Source: Felis catus (lineage: Eukaryota). From it: a stretch of 64,000 bases of DNA. The translations under genes were made by a program, and so were the position numbers. The DNA lies in the NCBI RefSeq assembly GCF_018350175.1, contig NC_058368.1, positions 126,606,001 through 126,670,000 of the forward strand, given 5' to 3'. The notes under the pieces are model-generated. The model ran no database searches and was not told where the DNA came from. It was given only the letters and a program-made list of their open reading frames with translations. The first letter of the stretch is position 1, and each line of letters starts with the position of its first letter. Below are positions 62,072 through 64,000 of the stretch, piece by piece.

Positions 62072-63915
62072 TCAGGTGCCACTTTTAATACTAGTTCTCT
62101 TGCTCTTTCCATCACATCTACAGTTCCTTCATGGACATCCTGAACCCTTCAAAGTCCCCCATGACTGTTGGAATCAACTTCTCTCAAATTCCTCTTAATG
62201 TTAATATTTTGACTTTTTCCCATGAATCATGAGTATATGTAGTGATACCCCGAACGGTGAATCCTTTCCAGAAGTTTTCAATTTACTTTGCTCAGATTAC
62301 CAGAGGAACCACTGTCTATGGCACCTGTACTCTTACAAAATGTATTTCTTAAATAATAAGAATTTAAAAATCATAATTACTCCTTGATCCATGGGCTGCA
62401 GAATGGATGTTGTGTTATCCGTGAAAACATTAATTTTGTGCATCTCCATCAGAGTTCTTAGGTGACCAGATGTATTGTCAATGAGCAGTAATACTTTGAA
62501 AGGGATCATTTTTCCTGAGTAGATCTCAACAGTGAGCTTAAATATTCATTAAACCTTGCTGTAAACAGATATGTCGTCGTCCAAGCTTTATTCCATTTCT
62601 ACAGCACAGGCAGAATAGATCTATTATTATTGTCAAGGTTCTTAGGATTTCAGCACGGTAAATGAGCATTGGCTCCAACTTAAAGTCACCAGCTGCATTA
62701 GCCCCTAATAAGATAGTCAGCTGTCTTTTGAAACCAATTATTGATTTCTCTATGAAGGCCCTAGATGGCACCTTTCAATATGAGGCTATTTTGTTTACCA
62801 TGAAAATCTGTTGTTTAGTGTAGCTACGTTCATTAACTATCATACTTACATCTTCTGGATTACTTGCTGCCATAGTTTCTCCCCAGCACTTGCTGCTTTA
62901 CCTTGCACTTTTATGTTACGGAGACCACTTTCTTGTTTCAGCCTTATGAACCAACCTATGTTAGCATCAGACTTCTTTTCTGCAGCTTCCTCACCTCTTT
63001 CAGCCTTCACAGAATTGAAGACCATTAGGGCCTTGCTCTGGAGTAAGCTTTGACTTAAAGGAATGTTGTAGTTGGTTTGATCTTATATACAAACCACTAA
63101 AACTTTGTTCATATCAGCAATAAGGCTGCTATTTTCCCTTATCATCTGAACATTCACTGAAATCGCAGTTTTCATTGCCTTCAAGAACTATTCCTTTGCA
63201 TTCACAGTTTGTCTAGCTGTTTGGCATGATGGTAGGCCTTTCTTGGCTTTTGACATGGCTTCCTTCCTAAGCTTAATCTTTTGTTACTTTTGCCCTAAAG
63301 TGAGAGATGTGTGACTCTTTATTTCACTTGAGCATTTGAAGCCTATTGTTGGGTTTTTAACTGGCCTGATGTCAATATTGTGTCTCAGAGAATAGGGAGG
63401 CATAAGGAAGGAGAGAGACAGGAGAACTTCCGGTCTGTGGAACATTCAGAACACACACAACATTTATCTATTAAATTTGCTGTCTTATATGCGTGTGATT
63501 CCTGATACTTCAAAACAATTACAATAATAACATCAAAGATCACTGATCCCAGGTCATTATAAAAAATATAATAATGAAAAAATTTTAAATTTTGTGAGAA
63601 CGAGCACGTGACACAGACACAAAGTGAGCAAATGTTATTGGTAAAATGGTGCTGATAGACTTGCTCGGCACAGGTTTGCCACAAACCATCAATTTGTGAA
63701 AATGCACTATAAATAGAAACACATTAAATGAGGTAAGCTAGTACAAAAATAAGACTATAGTTAACAATATTGTATTCTTGAAATTTCCTATGAGGGAATA
63801 TTTTAAGTGCTCACTTAAAAAAAAAGGAAAGAGAGAGAATGAAAATGACAACTATATGAGATGATGGACTTATTAATTAGCTTGATTGTGATAAATATTT
63901 CACAATATATATGTA

Positions 63916-64000
63916 CAACTAACACTCAGAGTTAATGCCAGAGTTAAGGGTACCAACACCCTGCACAGTTGAAAATCCATGTATAATTTTTGACTGCCCC
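63916..64000. mobile_element. Tigger2-family terminus running off the window
   Basis: Follows a TA: ..gttaagggtaccaacaccctgcacagttgaaaatccatgtataatttttgactgcccc. Confidence 0.7.

Larger units (their letters stand above)
60945..63741 (-). mobile_element. Near-full-length Tigger1 (TcMar-Tigger) DNA transposon, decayed
   Basis: ORF 62538..62771 ([34 protein letters not shown]) is Tigger1 transposase. The right terminus ..atgaggtaagctag is followed by TA; the left terminus lacks ~14 bp. Confidence 0.93.

Noticed and set aside
62538..62771. Transposase-like ORF as a domesticated TIGD gene
   Set aside because: Short piece of a Tigger1 disrupted by stops, indels and two SINEs.

Overview
Mammalian genomic DNA, almost certainly from a felid: about 26 carnivore tRNA-derived CanSINEs, several of young SINEC_Fc type. 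No intact protein-coding gene is recognisable, and the supplied ORFs are chance frames or repeat-derived. The window is mostly layered interspersed repeats: CanSINEs, a 2.4 kb young L1 3' fragment, older L1M pieces, L2, MIR, MaLR/ERVL LTRs, hAT MITEs (MER53, MER33, MER5A) and a near-full-length Tigger1. The main hidden signal is a heavily decayed, intron-containing pseudogene on the minus strand (~18.7-28.7 kb). Its exons, in order, spell a polycystin/TRPP (PKD2-like) channel: S1, TOP domain, S2, S3, S4-S5-pore-S6 and a tail. A second, weaker fossil at ~57.5-58.1 kb (minus strand) resembles a JmjC/cupin domain. There is also a candidate SRF/ETS promoter with a first exon and perfect splice donor at ~47.5-47.6 kb (+), and several repeat-free tracts rich in HOX/PBX/MEIS motifs. 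Family assignments and protein alignments were made by eye against recalled consensus sequences; no search was run.
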